Positions 17,279 through 28,250 of a DNA stretch of 61,434 bases are shown piece by piece. The position numbers and the translations under genes were made by a program. This DNA is from a virus (lineage: Duplodnaviria; Caudoviricetes): positions 1 through 61,434 of IMG/VR virus record IMGVR_UViG_3300033076_000601. One strand, 5' to 3'. How positions within the stretch are numbered: the first letter of the stretch is position 1; each line of letters opens with the position of its first letter. The notes under the pieces are model-generated. The model saw nothing but the letters and a program-made list of their open reading frames with translations, had not been told where the DNA came from and did not search any database.

Positions 17279-17416
17279 ATGAAGAAAAATAAATCTGAGT
17301 CTACATCAATGGTAAAGATTAAAGTCAGTCGCCCGGGCGTTCATGCAAAATGCAAAACGTCTAAACTGAAGTCTTCTAAGAATTACAAAAAGTCATATAA
17401 AGGTCAAGGACGATGA
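17279..17416 (+). CDS. Small basic protein (45 aa, RPGVHAK...YKGQGR), probably leaderless
   Basis: Translated by hand; TAACTTTG at 17267-17274; ATGA overlap with next gene. Confidence 0.6.
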   Translation: MKKNKSESTSMVKIKVSRPGVHAKCKTSKLKSSKNYKKSYKGQGR

Positions 17417-17814
17417 AAGTACAAAATTATGTTACAGCTACTCCAAATACAGATTGCAAAGTATTTGGTTTAAATGAAAACGGAGATTCAGTTAATTTTA
17501 CCGTACCTTCTTTATTGGCTTTAAATCAAGCTCCTAGTGTCAATGCAGCAAATGCATTGACCCTAGCAACCCTAACAAATGTAAATACATACTTTACTGG
17601 AACTGCTGGCGCGTCTTTTGCAATAACTCTTCCGGCATCAAATTCAAACCTTAACGGTGTTAAATATGTTGTGATGTCAACAGCTAACAGGCCATCAACA
17701 ACTTGGACTTCTTCAGGAGCTTCAATTGTGGGTGCTCCTTCTTCATTAACATCAAATACGCCAGTGTGCCTACAATATAGCCACGCTGACACAACATGGT
17801 ATATTTCAATCTAA
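17413..17814 (+). CDS. Small structural or fibre-like protein
   Basis: ITLPA...G..Y and C-terminal L.Y....W pattern. Confidence 0.55.
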   Translation: MKVQNYVTATPNTDCKVFGLNENGDSVNFTVPSLLALNQAPSVNAANALTLATLTNVNTYFTGTAGASFAITLPASNSNLNGVKYVVMSTANRPSTTWTSSGASIVGAPSSLTSNTPVCLQYSHADTTWYISI

Positions 17815-17818
17815 TCAT

Positions 17819-18058
17819 ATGTCAAAAAAAATCAAAAAAGAAGAGCTCGACGCATTGGTGAATGCAAATCGAGTTTACAGAGACTTAAAGTTTAATCTAG
17901 CAGACATCGAGATGAGCCTACGTCGTTTAAACGATCAAAAGGCTATTACAATGGATCAACTTGACGAGGCTGCAATGGGCTTATCAAAAGAGCAGCAAAG
18001 CATCTACGACAAGTATGGCGATGTCAGTGTAAATCTACAAACAGGTGAGTATAATTAG
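17819..18058 (+). CDS. Conserved coiled-coil phage protein (KYG.V.VNL.TGE)
   Basis: Motif. Confidence 0.6.
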   Translation: MSKKIKKEELDALVNANRVYRDLKFNLADIEMSLRRLNDQKAITMDQLDEAAMGLSKEQQSIYDKYGDVSVNLQTGEYN

Positions 18059-18266
18059 AAAAATTTCCATTGGTCCTGACTACATGAAGTGCATGCACTA
18101 CATGGTAGGTCAGACTGTCCTAGATAAAACATGGGAGATTAACACTATTCGAAAAGAAGATGATGGGTCAATCTGTGTATGGATTATTAAGGATGGTGAG
18201 ATTATTAAATGGAAATCCTTTTCTAATACAATGCCTATTGCAATAGAATACAAAATAGATTACTAG
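18045..18266 (+). CDS. Conserved phage protein (IRKISIG.DY...MHY.VGQ)
   Basis: Motif; coupled ORF. Confidence 0.6.
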   Translation: MSIIRKISIGPDYMKCMHYMVGQTVLDKTWEINTIRKEDDGSICVWIIKDGEIIKWKSFSNTMPIAIEYKIDY

Positions 18267-18823
18267 TGAAATCACCATACTGCTTCATCATTAAACCAGT
18301 TGGTCAGAGGCGGTACGATAACATAAAGAAATTCGGAGATACCGATTTCTATATCAGTTCCTCTCAAGAAGACCATAAAACATCTAACCGCCACGCTGAG
18401 GTGGTTGCAGTTCCTATTTACTATAATGGTCCTGTAAAAGCTGGTGACATAGTCCTTGTGCATCACAATGTCTTTAAATTTTATTATGACATGAAGGGCC
18501 GTCAGAAAAGCAGTTGGAATTATATCATGGACGATCTTTTTCTAGCTGAATTAGATCAGGTTTACATGTTTAAAAGGGATGATAAGTGGAATGCTGTCGA
18601 TCCCTTTATTTTTATCAGGCCCATTCCTAGCGAAGACAAAATTATCAGTACTTTAGGTGCATTTGAGGAAATGTGGGGTGAAGTTGTGTATAAGACATCT
18701 ACACTGACAAATGTAAGTGTTGGAGACATAGTATCATTTACGCCGGATAGTGAATATGAGTTTAGGGTGGATGATGAAGTACTTTACCGAATGTATAACA
18801 AGAACATATGTCTAAAAAAGTAG
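18266..18823 (+). CDS. Tandem GroES-like protein
   Basis: Two units of FI.P...(A/G)EVV...V..GDIV, the GroES beta-barrel pattern. Confidence 0.55.
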   Translation: MKSPYCFIIKPVGQRRYDNIKKFGDTDFYISSSQEDHKTSNRHAEVVAVPIYYNGPVKAGDIVLVHHNVFKFYYDMKGRQKSSWNYIMDDLFLAELDQVYMFKRDDKWNAVDPFIFIRPIPSEDKIISTLGAFEEMWGEVVYKTSTLTNVSVGDIVSFTPDSEYEFRVDDEVLYRMYNKNICLKK

Positions 18824-19089
18824 AGATTATTGAGGCTGCTAAGGAAGCTATTAATGAGTTGATCAAGGTTCTTAAATCACCTATTATCACTCATGCTGAG
18901 GATGATATATCTGCTGATAAGATGAAAAACGCAGCATCAGCTAAGCGCTTAGCATTTGAGGATGCTATGTTCATGCTTAATAAAATTGAGGAAGAAGAAA
19001 ATAGGGCTGCAGAAACACCCATTGCTGAGGTAACACTAGGTAAATCGGGTTTTGCTGAAGGCAGAGCAAAAGCAAAGAATGGAAAATAA
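18808..19089 (+). CDS. Putative terminase small subunit
   Basis: Helical protein directly upstream of TerL. Confidence 0.4.
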   Translation: MSKKVEIIEAAKEAINELIKVLKSPIITHAEDDISADKMKNAASAKRLAFEDAMFMLNKIEEEENRAAETPIAEVTLGKSGFAEGRAKAKNGK

Positions 19090-21298
19090 ATTATACTCAA
19101 TAGTAAACGATTACGTTAACAAGACTGCTATTACTACTAAAAATAGTAAGAGTTCTTGGGATTATGGGTATAATAAGGAGTATGATCTAATTGTAATATC
19201 TAAAGATGGGACTATCGGTGAGATATATGAGATTAATGGTCTAAAGATTGCCTTACCTTCTACTCCTAAAGTTGTGGAGAATAGGGACAATAAATGGCAA
19301 CCGATAGAATATCCTAATGAGCTTCAAAAGATTAAATCAATATTTGATTGGAACCGAAAAGACAATGCGTTTAAGTCTAAGTATGTCGACATGATAGAGA
19401 CTGAATTTGATAGGCGCGAGAATGGTTTTTGGTTCATTAATAATGGTAAGCCAACTTATATCACAGGTACACATTACATGTATCTTCAGTGGACAAAGAT
19501 TGACGTTGGTCTTCCAGACTTCCGTGAGTCAAACCGGATATTTTACATCTTTTGGGAGGCATGTAAGGCAGATAGCCGCGCGTTTGGTATGTGTTATTTA
19601 AAGAACCGTCGTTCAGGGTTCTCGTTTATGTCTTCTGCAGAGACATCAAATACTGGAACAATTGTAAGGGATGCGCGACTTGGCATATTGTCAAAGAAAG
19701 GTGCAGATGCTAAGAAAATGTTTACTGACAAGGTTGTTCCTATTGTAAGAAATTACCCCTTCTTTTTCAAGCCGATCCAGGATGGTATGGATAATCCGAA
19801 GACGGAATTAGCCTTCCGAGTTCCTGCGAGTAAGATTACGCGCAAGAATATGGATGAGGAGCGCGATGATGATATAGAAGGGTTGGACACTACCATCGAC
19901 TGGAAAAACACCGCAGATAACAGTTATGATGGTGAGAAGTTGCTTTTACTTGTACACGATGAGAGTGGTAAGTGGGAGAAGCCTGAAAACATCTTAAACA
20001 ACTGGCGAGTCACTAAGACATGTCTAAGACTAGGTAGTAAGATTATAGGTAAGTGTATGATGGGTTCTACATCAAATGCATTGAGCAAAGGTGGTGAGAA
20101 CTTTAAGAAGCTGTACTACGATAGTGATCCAAACAAGCGATCTGCCAACGGTCAAACTAAGTCAGGGTTATATTCTTTATTCATTCCTATGGAGTGGAAC
20201 ATGGAGGGCTTTATTGATGAATTTGGTTGGCCGGTGTTTGAGGATCCCAAGAACCCTATTATGGGTATTGATGGGGAGGAGATTACAATGGGTGTGGTAA
20301 CTTATTGGAATAATGAAGTTGCTGCAATGAAATCTGACTCAGATGCATTAAATGAATTTTACCGTCAGTTCCCAAGAACAGAGTCTCACGCATTCCGTGA
20401 TGAGAGTAATTCCTCTTTATTCAACTTGACAAAGATCTATCAGCAGATTGATTATAACGATGCAATGATTAAAGATCGAGTATTAACAACTGGTTATTTT
20501 CATTGGAAAAATGGAGAGAAGGATACTGAAGTTATTTGGACGCCTGATCCAAAGGGGAGGTTCTTAGTATCATGGATTCCAGATGCCAGGATGCGTAATA
20601 ATGTCATTAAAAAAGATGGTAGATTTTATCCTGGAAATAAAGATATTGGTGTGTTTGGTTGTGACCCTTATGACATTTCAGGTGTTGTAGGTGGAGGCGG
20701 ATCTGCCGGGGCATTACATGGTATTACTAATTTTCATATGGAAAATGCACCAACTAATCATTTCTTTTTAGAGTATATTGCTCGTCCTCAGACTGCTGAG
20801 ATATTCTTTGAGGATGTGTTAATGGCTTGCTTTTTCTATGGAATGCCTATACTTGTGGAAAATAATAAGCAGCGATTATTATACCACTTTAAGAACAGGG
20901 GGTATCGTCCATTCTCAATGAACAGACCTGATAAACATACGTCTAAATTATCGAAGACTGAGCTTGAGTTGGGTGGTATTCCAAACTCTTCAGAGGATGT
21001 AAAACACGCGCATGCTAATGCTATTAATACATACATCGAAGAGTATGTCGGAATTGATGCTGAGGGTAATTATCGAGAAAAAGACAGTATGGGGGATATG
21101 TACTTTACTAGGACACTAAATGATTGGGCTCGATTTGATATTAACAACAGGACTAAACATGATGCCTCGATTAGTTCTGGATTGGCATTAATGGCATCAA
21201 GAAGACACCTATTTATACCTCCTAAACAGGAATCTAAAATAAGTGTTAAATTTGTAAGATATAAGAATACTGGCATCAGAAGCGAAATCATTAAATAA
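19079..21298 (+). CDS. terL: Terminase large subunit
   Basis: KNRRSGFS (Walker A-like), LLVHDESGK (Walker B), GCDPYD nuclease, upstream of portal; start moved to ATG 19079. Confidence 0.9.
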   Translation: MENKLYSIVNDYVNKTAITTKNSKSSWDYGYNKEYDLIVISKDGTIGEIYEINGLKIALPSTPKVVENRDNKWQPIEYPNELQKIKSIFDWNRKDNAFKSKYVDMIETEFDRRENGFWFINNGKPTYITGTHYMYLQWTKIDVGLPDFRESNRIFYIFWEACKADSRAFGMCYLKNRRSGFSFMSSAETSNTGTIVRDARLGILSKKGADAKKMFTDKVVPIVRNYPFFFKPIQDGMDNPKTELAFRVPASKITRKNMDEERDDDIEGLDTTIDWKNTADNSYDGEKLLLLVHDESGKWEKPENILNNWRVTKTCLRLGSKIIGKCMMGSTSNALSKGGENFKKLYYDSDPNKRSANGQTKSGLYSLFIPMEWNMEGFIDEFGWPVFEDPKNPIMGIDGEEITMGVVTYWNNEVAAMKSDSDALNEFYRQFPRTESHAFRDESNSSLFNLTKIYQQIDYNDAMIKDRVLTTGYFHWKNGEKDTEVIWTPDPKGRFLVSWIPDARMRNNVIKKDGRFYPGNKDIGVFGCDPYDISGVVGGGGSAGALHGITNFHMENAPTNHFFLEYIARPQTAEIFFEDVLMACFFYGMPILVENNKQRLLYHFKNRGYRPFSMNRPDKHTSKLSKTELELGGIPNSSEDVKHAHANAINTYIEEYVGIDAEGNYREKDSMGDMYFTRTLNDWARFDINNRTKHDASISSGLALMASRRHLFIPPKQESKISVKFVRYKNTGIRSEIIK

Positions 21299-23721
21299 TG
21301 GATAAACCATCAGTAGTTATCTCTGCACTACCCTTTCCGGACCAAATGGCGCCAGACGAAGTCAAGGCGACATATAAATATGGATTGAAGGTAGCCAAAG
21401 CCATCGAGGGGGAGTGGTTTAAGAGAAAAGCAAATACAAGTAGATTCTACCAGCAATGGGGAGAGTTTCACCGTCTTAGATTGTATGCTCGTGGTGAGCA
21501 GCCTAGTCAAAAGTATAAAGATGAGTTAGCCATCAACGGTGATATATCAATGCTAAACCTTGATTGGACTCCTGTTCCAATTATACCAAAGTTTGTTGAT
21601 GTTGTTGTTAACGGAATGCTTGATAGGCCTTACACTATAAAGGCAGAGGCTCAAGATGTTATGTCTGCAGAGAAAAAGAATGTATTTCAGGACATGATTG
21701 AGGCCGATATGGTTGCTAAGGATTTCTTAATGATGACCAAGGAACAACTTGGAATTGATGCGTTTAATGTAAATCCAGATGAGCTGCCTGCAAATGACGA
21801 GGAATTGTCTTTGTATATGCAAATGAATTACAAACCATCAATTGAAATTGCTGAAGAAATAGCTATTAATACAATCCTTAAAATGAACAATTATGAGGAT
21901 TTATTAAGGCTTTATTATTATGACATGGCGACACTTGGGGTTGGTGTGTTAAAGCATAACTTCCAAGTAAATGATGGTTTGAATATTGAGTATGTAGATC
22001 CTGCCAATTGGATACATAGTTATACTGAAAAGAATGACTACTCTGATTGCTTCTACTTTGGTGAAGTAAAGCAAGTACACTATACTGAGCTTTTAAAGAT
22101 AAATCCTAATCTCACTGATGAGGAATTAACAGAAATTAAAAATGCTGGTTCTGCTTGGTATGATTATTTCCCAATTATTCGTAATTATCAAGACGACGCA
22201 TTTTTAAATGAGGTTGTAACGTTATTATATTTTAACTACAAGACTCATAAGAAATTTGTTTGGAAAAAGAAAATACTTGATAACGGAGGAGAACGTGTAA
22301 TACGCAAAGATGAGAATTTCAACCCACCACCAAATGAAATGTTTGAGGTTGTTGAGGCAGTTCGTGACGTTTGGTATGAAGGTGTATTAGTTGGAGGATC
22401 AAACATTCTTGTTCAATGGGAGATGATGCATAACATGGTTCGTCCTAAATCTGCTTCTCAGAAAGCCCTTCCAAATTATATTGCTTACGCTCCACGTTTT
22501 TATAAGGGAAATATTGAGTCATTGGTTCGTCGAATGATCCCATTTGCTGATCAAATCCAATTAACACACTTGAAGCTACAACAAGTAATGGCTCGTATCG
22601 TACCTGATGGTGTATTTATTGATGCTGACGGTATTAATGAAGTTGATCTTGGTACAGGTGCGGCATACAATCCAGAAGATGCGCTTAATCTATACTTCCA
22701 AACAGGTAGTGTGATTGGTCGTTCATATACTCAGGATGGTGAGTTTAACAATGCTCGTATTCCTATTCAAGAGCTTAATACAAATAGTGGTCAAGCTAAA
22801 ATGTCCGCCTTGATTGGAAATTACAACCATTATTTAAATATGATTCGGGATGTAACAGGTATAAACGAAGTTAGAGATGCTTCTACACCTCATCCAGACG
22901 CTTTAGTTGGAGTTCAGAAACTAGCTGCATTGAATTCAAACACAGCTACGCGCCACATTTTAGATGCAGGTATTATTACAACTAGAAGGGTTGCTGAATG
23001 TATATCAATTAGAGTTGCAGATATACTAGAGTATGCTGATTTTGCTGATGAGTTTGCTATGCAAATCGGTAAATATAATCTTGCAATTCTTGAGGATGTT
23101 AAGAATCTTTATCTACATGACTTTGGTATTTTTATTGAAGTTGCTCCGGATGAAGAAGAGAAAGCTCAACTAGAGGCAAATATCCAAGTTGCTTTGCAAC
23201 AACAGACAATTGATCTAGAGGATGCTATTGACATTCGAATGATTAATAATACCAAGCTTGCAAATGAGATGCTCAAGATGAAGCGTCGTAAGCGAATGGA
23301 GCAGAAGCAGAAAGAAAAAGAGATGGAGTTTCAAATGCAAATGCAGACAAACATTCAATCTTCTCAAGCGGCTGCTGAGGCAAAGGCACAAGTCATTCAA
23401 TTGGAAGGCCAAACTAAAGCTCAGATCAAACAGATGGAAGTTCAAGGTGACATTCAGAAAATGCAAGCTGAAGCAGAACTCAAGAAAGAGTTGATGGCTA
23501 TTGAATTCCAATACAACATGCAATTGAATGGAATGCAAATGCAGACATTAAAAGAGCGTGAGGCTGAGAAAGAAAAGGCAAAAGATAAGCGAGTCGACCT
23601 ACAGGCAACTCGTCAGTCTGAGCTAATCAATCAACGTCAAAATAACTTACCACCTCAAAATTTTGAGAGTACTGAGGATTCCCTAGATGGCTTTGATTTA
23701 GAAGCGTTCGGGCCTAAATAA
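21298..23721 (+). CDS. Portal protein
   Basis: Position after TerL, PIIPKFVD motif, long Q/E-rich C-terminal helical barrel. Confidence 0.85.
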   Translation: MDKPSVVISALPFPDQMAPDEVKATYKYGLKVAKAIEGEWFKRKANTSRFYQQWGEFHRLRLYARGEQPSQKYKDELAINGDISMLNLDWTPVPIIPKFVDVVVNGMLDRPYTIKAEAQDVMSAEKKNVFQDMIEADMVAKDFLMMTKEQLGIDAFNVNPDELPANDEELSLYMQMNYKPSIEIAEEIAINTILKMNNYEDLLRLYYYDMATLGVGVLKHNFQVNDGLNIEYVDPANWIHSYTEKNDYSDCFYFGEVKQVHYTELLKINPNLTDEELTEIKNAGSAWYDYFPIIRNYQDDAFLNEVVTLLYFNYKTHKKFVWKKKILDNGGERVIRKDENFNPPPNEMFEVVEAVRDVWYEGVLVGGSNILVQWEMMHNMVRPKSASQKALPNYIAYAPRFYKGNIESLVRRMIPFADQIQLTHLKLQQVMARIVPDGVFIDADGINEVDLGTGAAYNPEDALNLYFQTGSVIGRSYTQDGEFNNARIPIQELNTNSGQAKMSALIGNYNHYLNMIRDVTGINEVRDASTPHPDALVGVQKLAALNSNTATRHILDAGIITTRRVAECISIRVADILEYADFADEFAMQIGKYNLAILEDVKNLYLHDFGIFIEVAPDEEEKAQLEANIQVALQQQTIDLEDAIDIRMINNTKLANEMLKMKRRKRMEQKQKEKEMEFQMQMQTNIQSSQAAAEAKAQVIQLEGQTKAQIKQMEVQGDIQKMQAEAELKKELMAIEFQYNMQLNGMQMQTLKEREAEKEKAKDKRVDLQATRQSELINQRQNNLPPQNFESTEDSLDGFDLEAFGPK

Positions 23722-23754
23722 AATAATTACTAACTTTGTTGAAAATTAAATTAA

Positions 23755-24888
23755 ATGGAAGGTGAATTTAAAGTAAAAGTTGTAGATTTTGAAGAAAAGT
23801 CTATGGCTGAAAAAGAAGCTGAGCTTTTAGAGGGTTTGGAGACTCATAGTGATCCGGATGGTGTTGTTAAAATTGATTTATCACAAGAACCACCAGTAGG
23901 AGACTCACAACCTGCTAACGACTCGGAACCAATACAACCACAAGAGGTTGAATTAGATGATAATAAAGTTCTTTCATATCTTGGTAAAAGATGGAACAAA
24001 GAGATCACATCTTTGGATGAATTAGTTGAGCAGCGATCACAGGCTGAAGAACTACCTGAAGATGTATCTGCGTTCTTAAAATACAAAAGAGAAACAGGGC
24101 GTGGTATTGAAGACTTCATGAAATTGAATGTCGACTACAGCGCAATGGATGAAGATTCTCTACTTTATCAGTATTATAAAGAACAAAACCCAGAGCTAGA
24201 TGCAGATGAGGTTAAGTTCGAGCTTGAAACTAAGTTCTCATATGATGAGGATTTTGATGATGAAAAGCATATTAAGAAAGTAAAGTTAGAGCGTAAAAAA
24301 GAGCTGAATAAGGCTCGTGAGTTTTTTAATTCTCAAAAAGAACAGTACAAGGTGCCGCTTGAGTCAAGGGATGCCTTTGTTCCGCAAGAGGAGCGAGAAG
24401 CTTATGAATCTTATAAGCAATATAAACAAGCCGCAACTAGCGAGCAAGAGGAACAGTTGAAGCGGTCTAAGTATTTTGCTGACAAGACAACTGAATTGTT
24501 TTCAGATAAGTTTGAAGGTTTCAAATTTGCAATTGACGAAAATAAAGCAGTTACTTACAAACCAGCAGAAGCGAAGGCACTTCTTGAAGAGCAATCTTCA
24601 CTAAAGAACTTTGTAAATAAGTTCCTAAATGAAGATGGTTATCTAAAAGATGCTGAGTCTTTCCATCGAGCAATAGCGATTGCTTCGAATCCTGATAAGT
24701 TTGCAAAGTTCTTCTATGAGAAGGGAATGAGTGAAGCAGTTGATACAGTCTCTAAGGAGTCTAAAAATATCAATATGACACGTCAAGCCACTCAAGTAGC
24801 GAATAAAACTGAAGGGACATTCCAAGTAAGAGCTATGGACCCTAGTTTCGGTAATAGATTAGTTATTAAACAAAAACCTAAAAACTAG
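23755..24888 (+). CDS. Scaffolding protein (putative)
   Basis: Acidic helical protein between portal and capsid; TAACTTTG at 23731. Confidence 0.65.
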   Translation: MEGEFKVKVVDFEEKSMAEKEAELLEGLETHSDPDGVVKIDLSQEPPVGDSQPANDSEPIQPQEVELDDNKVLSYLGKRWNKEITSLDELVEQRSQAEELPEDVSAFLKYKRETGRGIEDFMKLNVDYSAMDEDSLLYQYYKEQNPELDADEVKFELETKFSYDEDFDDEKHIKKVKLERKKELNKAREFFNSQKEQYKVPLESRDAFVPQEEREAYESYKQYKQAATSEQEEQLKRSKYFADKTTELFSDKFEGFKFAIDENKAVTYKPAEAKALLEEQSSLKNFVNKFLNEDGYLKDAESFHRAIAIASNPDKFAKFFYEKGMSEAVDTVSKESKNINMTRQATQVANKTEGTFQVRAMDPSFGNRLVIKQKPKN

Positions 24889-24893
24889 AAAAA

Positions 24894-26318
24894 ATGGCTG
24901 GTACATTAGCAGCGTCACCAACTTTCGCGTTGACGCCAAGTTCTGTCAAGGCAGCTTTGCCTGACAACTACATTAAAGATTTCAACTTCTTGAGTCAGTA
25001 TCTTCCTGATACTTACGAGCAAGAATTTGAGCGTTATGGTAACCGTTCTATCGCATCTTTCTTGCGTATGGTCGGTGCTGAACTTCCTACTAACTCTGAC
25101 CTCATCAAATGGGCAGAGCAAGGTCGTCTTCACACTAAATACACTGGATTGACATTTAATACATTTGCATCAGGTGTACAAACATTTACATTAGCTTCTG
25201 GATCTTGTGTATTCCGTGTAGGTCAAACTGTATTTCTTTCTTCTGAAAGCATTTCTGCTGAATCTGCAAAAGCACTTATCACTGCTGTAACTTCTACTAC
25301 GTTTACAGTTGCTTACTATTCTACAGCTAATCCATTTACTACAGGAACGACTGTAACTGCATTTGTTTACGGTTCTGAATTCCGTAAAGGTGATGTAGGT
25401 ATGAGTGGTTCTTTAGAAGCACAAGACTTGTTCTTCGACAACAAACCAATTATCATCAAAGACAAATACTCTGTATCTGGTTCTGACATGGCTCAAATTG
25501 GTTGGGTTGAAGTAACAACTGAAAATGGTGCTACTGGTTACCTTTGGTATTTGAAGTCTGAGCACGAAACTCGTTTGCGTTTTGAGGATTACCTCGAAAT
25601 GGCAATGGTTGAAGGCGTTCCTGCTGCCGCTAGTTCTGCTGCATTAAGTACTTTATCTCCGTCTACTGGTTATATACCTGGTCAAATTCCTACACCTACA
25701 GGTACAACAGCTGCTGGTACTCAAGGTATGTTTGATGCTATCGAAAGCCGTGGTAACGTTTGGTCTGGTGGTAACCCATCTTCTTTGGGTGACTTCGATA
25801 CAATCGTTCAACGTCTTGACAAGCAAGGTGCTATCGCTGAGAACGTATTGTTCTTGAACCGTCAGTTCTCTTTTGACATCGACGATATGTTGGCTGCTCA
25901 AAACTCTTACGGTGCAGGTGGTACTTCTTACGGTTTGTTTGACAATAACGAAGACATGGCATTGAATCTTGGATTCACTGGCTTCCGTCGTGGTTATGAG
26001 TTCTACAAAACTGACTGGAAATACCTTAACGACGCTACCCTTCGTGGTGGTATCGTTGGTGGTGCTGTTAACGGTGTATTGGTTCCTGCAGGAACAATGA
26101 ATGTTTACGACCAAGTACTTGGTAAAAACGCTAAACGTCCATTCTTACACGTTCGTTACCGCGCTTCTGAAGCTGAAAATCGTCGTTACAAAACTTGGAT
26201 GACTGGTTCTGCCGGTGGTGCACAGACAAGTGACCTCGATGCTATGGAAGTACACTTCTTGTCTGAGCGTGCGCTTTGTACATTAGGTGCTAACAACTTC
26301 TTCATCTTCAAAGGATAA
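24894..26318 (+). CDS. Major capsid protein
   Basis: Position, size, strongly biased codon usage, WAEQGRLH motif, followed by terminator. Confidence 0.85.
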   Translation: MAGTLAASPTFALTPSSVKAALPDNYIKDFNFLSQYLPDTYEQEFERYGNRSIASFLRMVGAELPTNSDLIKWAEQGRLHTKYTGLTFNTFASGVQTFTLASGSCVFRVGQTVFLSSESISAESAKALITAVTSTTFTVAYYSTANPFTTGTTVTAFVYGSEFRKGDVGMSGSLEAQDLFFDNKPIIIKDKYSVSGSDMAQIGWVEVTTENGATGYLWYLKSEHETRLRFEDYLEMAMVEGVPAAASSAALSTLSPSTGYIPGQIPTPTGTTAAGTQGMFDAIESRGNVWSGGNPSSLGDFDTIVQRLDKQGAIAENVLFLNRQFSFDIDDMLAAQNSYGAGGTSYGLFDNNEDMALNLGFTGFRRGYEFYKTDWKYLNDATLRGGIVGGAVNGVLVPAGTMNVYDQVLGKNAKRPFLHVRYRASEAENRRYKTWMTGSAGGAQTSDLDAMEVHFLSERALCTLGANNFFIFKG

Positions 26319-26333
26319 GAATAGCGATAATAT

Positions 26334-26365
26334 GAGAGGGACATTACTGTCCCTCTCTATTTTTT
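26334..26365 (+). terminator. Intrinsic terminator after capsid gene
   Basis: GAGAGGGACA-ttac-TGTCCCTCTC plus T tract. Confidence 0.8.
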
Positions 26366-26385
26366 AATAATTTAAATTATATCAA

Positions 26386-27150
26386 ATGAAAAGAGTAAAA
26401 TTAGAACCAAAAGAACGTACTTATTTGCTTAACCTAGAGAATGCTCCGTTGAGCTACTTTATTGCACATAAAGACACACCTCGTAAACGTCTTCTTTATT
26501 ACGATGAAGAAAACAATACAAATCATCCACTTCGCTATGCGCGAAATTCAAATACACCATTTCAAGAAGAGCAAGACGCTAATGTGATTGTTGAGCCAAT
26601 TGTGTTTGAAGATGGTGTTTTGAAAGTTCCAAAAACAAACCCAGTATTACAAGAATTCTTACATTATCATCCTGGTAATGGTTCTGAATTCTATGAATTT
26701 GATCCAGAAAAAGATGCACAAGAAGATGTTGAATATCTATTCAATGAAATTGATGCTCTTATTCTTGCTCGTGATTTAGCTGATAAAGACTTTACAACTC
26801 TCGAAGCTGTTGCTAGATTGGTATTGCGTGGAGATGTAGATAAAATGAGTTCTGCTGAAATCAAAAGAGATATTATGATCTTTGCTAAAAGATACCCTCA
26901 AGATTTCATGGAGGCAGCAACTGACTCTTCATTAAAGATTAACAACTTTGCAGCTAGAGCGTTCTCTTCTGGATACTTTACATTCAGAAATAACAAAGAC
27001 ATTCACTTCAACTTGAAGGATAATAAGAAGCGTTTAATGACAGTTCCGTTTGGCCATGATCATATTCACGTTTTAGCTTCTTACTTACAATCTGATGAAG
27101 GCCTTGACCTATATAAATTCCTTGAAGAAAAGTTTTCAGGAAATGATTAA
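26386..27150 (+). CDS. Conserved protein downstream of major capsid
   Basis: LRYA.N..PF..EQ and IVFEDG.L.VP motifs. Confidence 0.65.
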   Translation: MKRVKLEPKERTYLLNLENAPLSYFIAHKDTPRKRLLYYDEENNTNHPLRYARNSNTPFQEEQDANVIVEPIVFEDGVLKVPKTNPVLQEFLHYHPGNGSEFYEFDPEKDAQEDVEYLFNEIDALILARDLADKDFTTLEAVARLVLRGDVDKMSSAEIKRDIMIFAKRYPQDFMEAATDSSLKINNFAARAFSSGYFTFRNNKDIHFNLKDNKKRLMTVPFGHDHIHVLASYLQSDEGLDLYKFLEEKFSGND

Positions 27151-27187
27151 CTTTGATTATTGTTTAACCCATTAATTTTTTATAAAA

Positions 27188-27472
27188 ATGGAAAAGTTTT
27201 TATCTATCCCAGTTACAGGCGCTGGAAATCAATTAGTATGTGCTAATAATGTTATTTTAGTAGAGGCTGGTGCAGACGCTGCTACCGCTACTACTACATT
27301 AATTAATTATGCAGGTGGTAAAGTTGTTACAATTACTCATGCTGCTCAAGTGGCATTTAGTATGCGTAACGCAATCCAGGCTGCAGTTGCTGCTGCTTTA
27401 CAAACATCTTGGACTAATGTTGTCTATGATGTGACAGTACCGCAAGCTGTTAGTGATATTGATATTGCTTAA
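27188..27472 (+). CDS. Small Ala/Thr-rich putative capsid decoration protein
   Basis: Own promoter (TAACTTTG 27148) and own terminator. Confidence 0.5.
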   Translation: MEKFLSIPVTGAGNQLVCANNVILVEAGADAATATTTLINYAGGKVVTITHAAQVAFSMRNAIQAAVAAALQTSWTNVVYDVTVPQAVSDIDIA

Positions 27473-27494
27473 TCTATAGCTAACTACTACTACT

Positions 27495-27525
27495 AAAAGG
27501 GCACTCATATAGAGTGCCTTTTTTT
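27495..27525 (+). terminator. Intrinsic terminator
   Basis: AAAAGGGCACTC-atata-GAGTGCCTTTT plus T tract. Confidence 0.8.
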
Positions 27526-27551
27526 ATTTATCTTTGTACAAAAGCAGTCAG

Positions 27552-28250
27552 ATGATCAATGACGTTCGAAATACCGTACTTTCTATAATCAGCAAGGAGA
27601 ACCGTGGCTTTATTACGCCATTTGAGTTTAATCTATTTGCTAAACAAGCTCAATTAGAAGTATTTGAGCAATATGTATACAATTATAGCAAGTCAATTAA
27701 TGAGCAGAATGCTAGAACTCATGGAGAAGGGTATACCGATATTCCAAGAAATATGGCTGAGGTTATTGATAAATTTTCTACCTACGCTTCTTTGGTTTAT
27801 AATCCATTAAATAATCATTTTGAAGTTCCGGATGATTATTTCTTCTTAACTCGTATTGATTACAACAACAATACAGAGATAGAGAAGGTTAAGACAAATA
27901 AATTACCTTACTTATTAAGTTCTAATCTAACAGCACCAACGGTTAAATATCCGGTGTATTTATTAGATCAGAATGGAATTATTGTATACCCTACATCTAT
28001 TACATCTAACGTTACTACTCAGTATTTAAGATATCCAAAAGATCCACAATGGACTTATAACGTATCACCTAATGGTGACCCATTATTTAATCCAAACTCT
28101 TCTACATATCAAGACTTTGAGTTGCCTTTAAATGATTTTGCTAACCTAGTTATAAAAATTCTTGAATATTCTGGTATTTCAATTAGAGAACAAGATGTTG
28201 TATCTGCGGCTAAATCAGAAGAAGTTCAAGACATCCAAACTAAACAATAA
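27552..28250 (+). CDS. Head-tail adaptor or ring protein
   Basis: NKE.RG.ITP.EFN.FA..AQ-like and Y.R.PK.P.W motifs; start moved to ATG 27552; TATCTTTG at 27529. Confidence 0.6.
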   Translation: MINDVRNTVLSIISKENRGFITPFEFNLFAKQAQLEVFEQYVYNYSKSINEQNARTHGEGYTDIPRNMAEVIDKFSTYASLVYNPLNNHFEVPDDYFFLTRIDYNNNTEIEKVKTNKLPYLLSSNLTAPTVKYPVYLLDQNGIIVYPTSITSNVTTQYLRYPKDPQWTYNVSPNGDPLFNPNSSTYQDFELPLNDFANLVIKILEYSGISIREQDVVSAAKSEEVQDIQTKQ

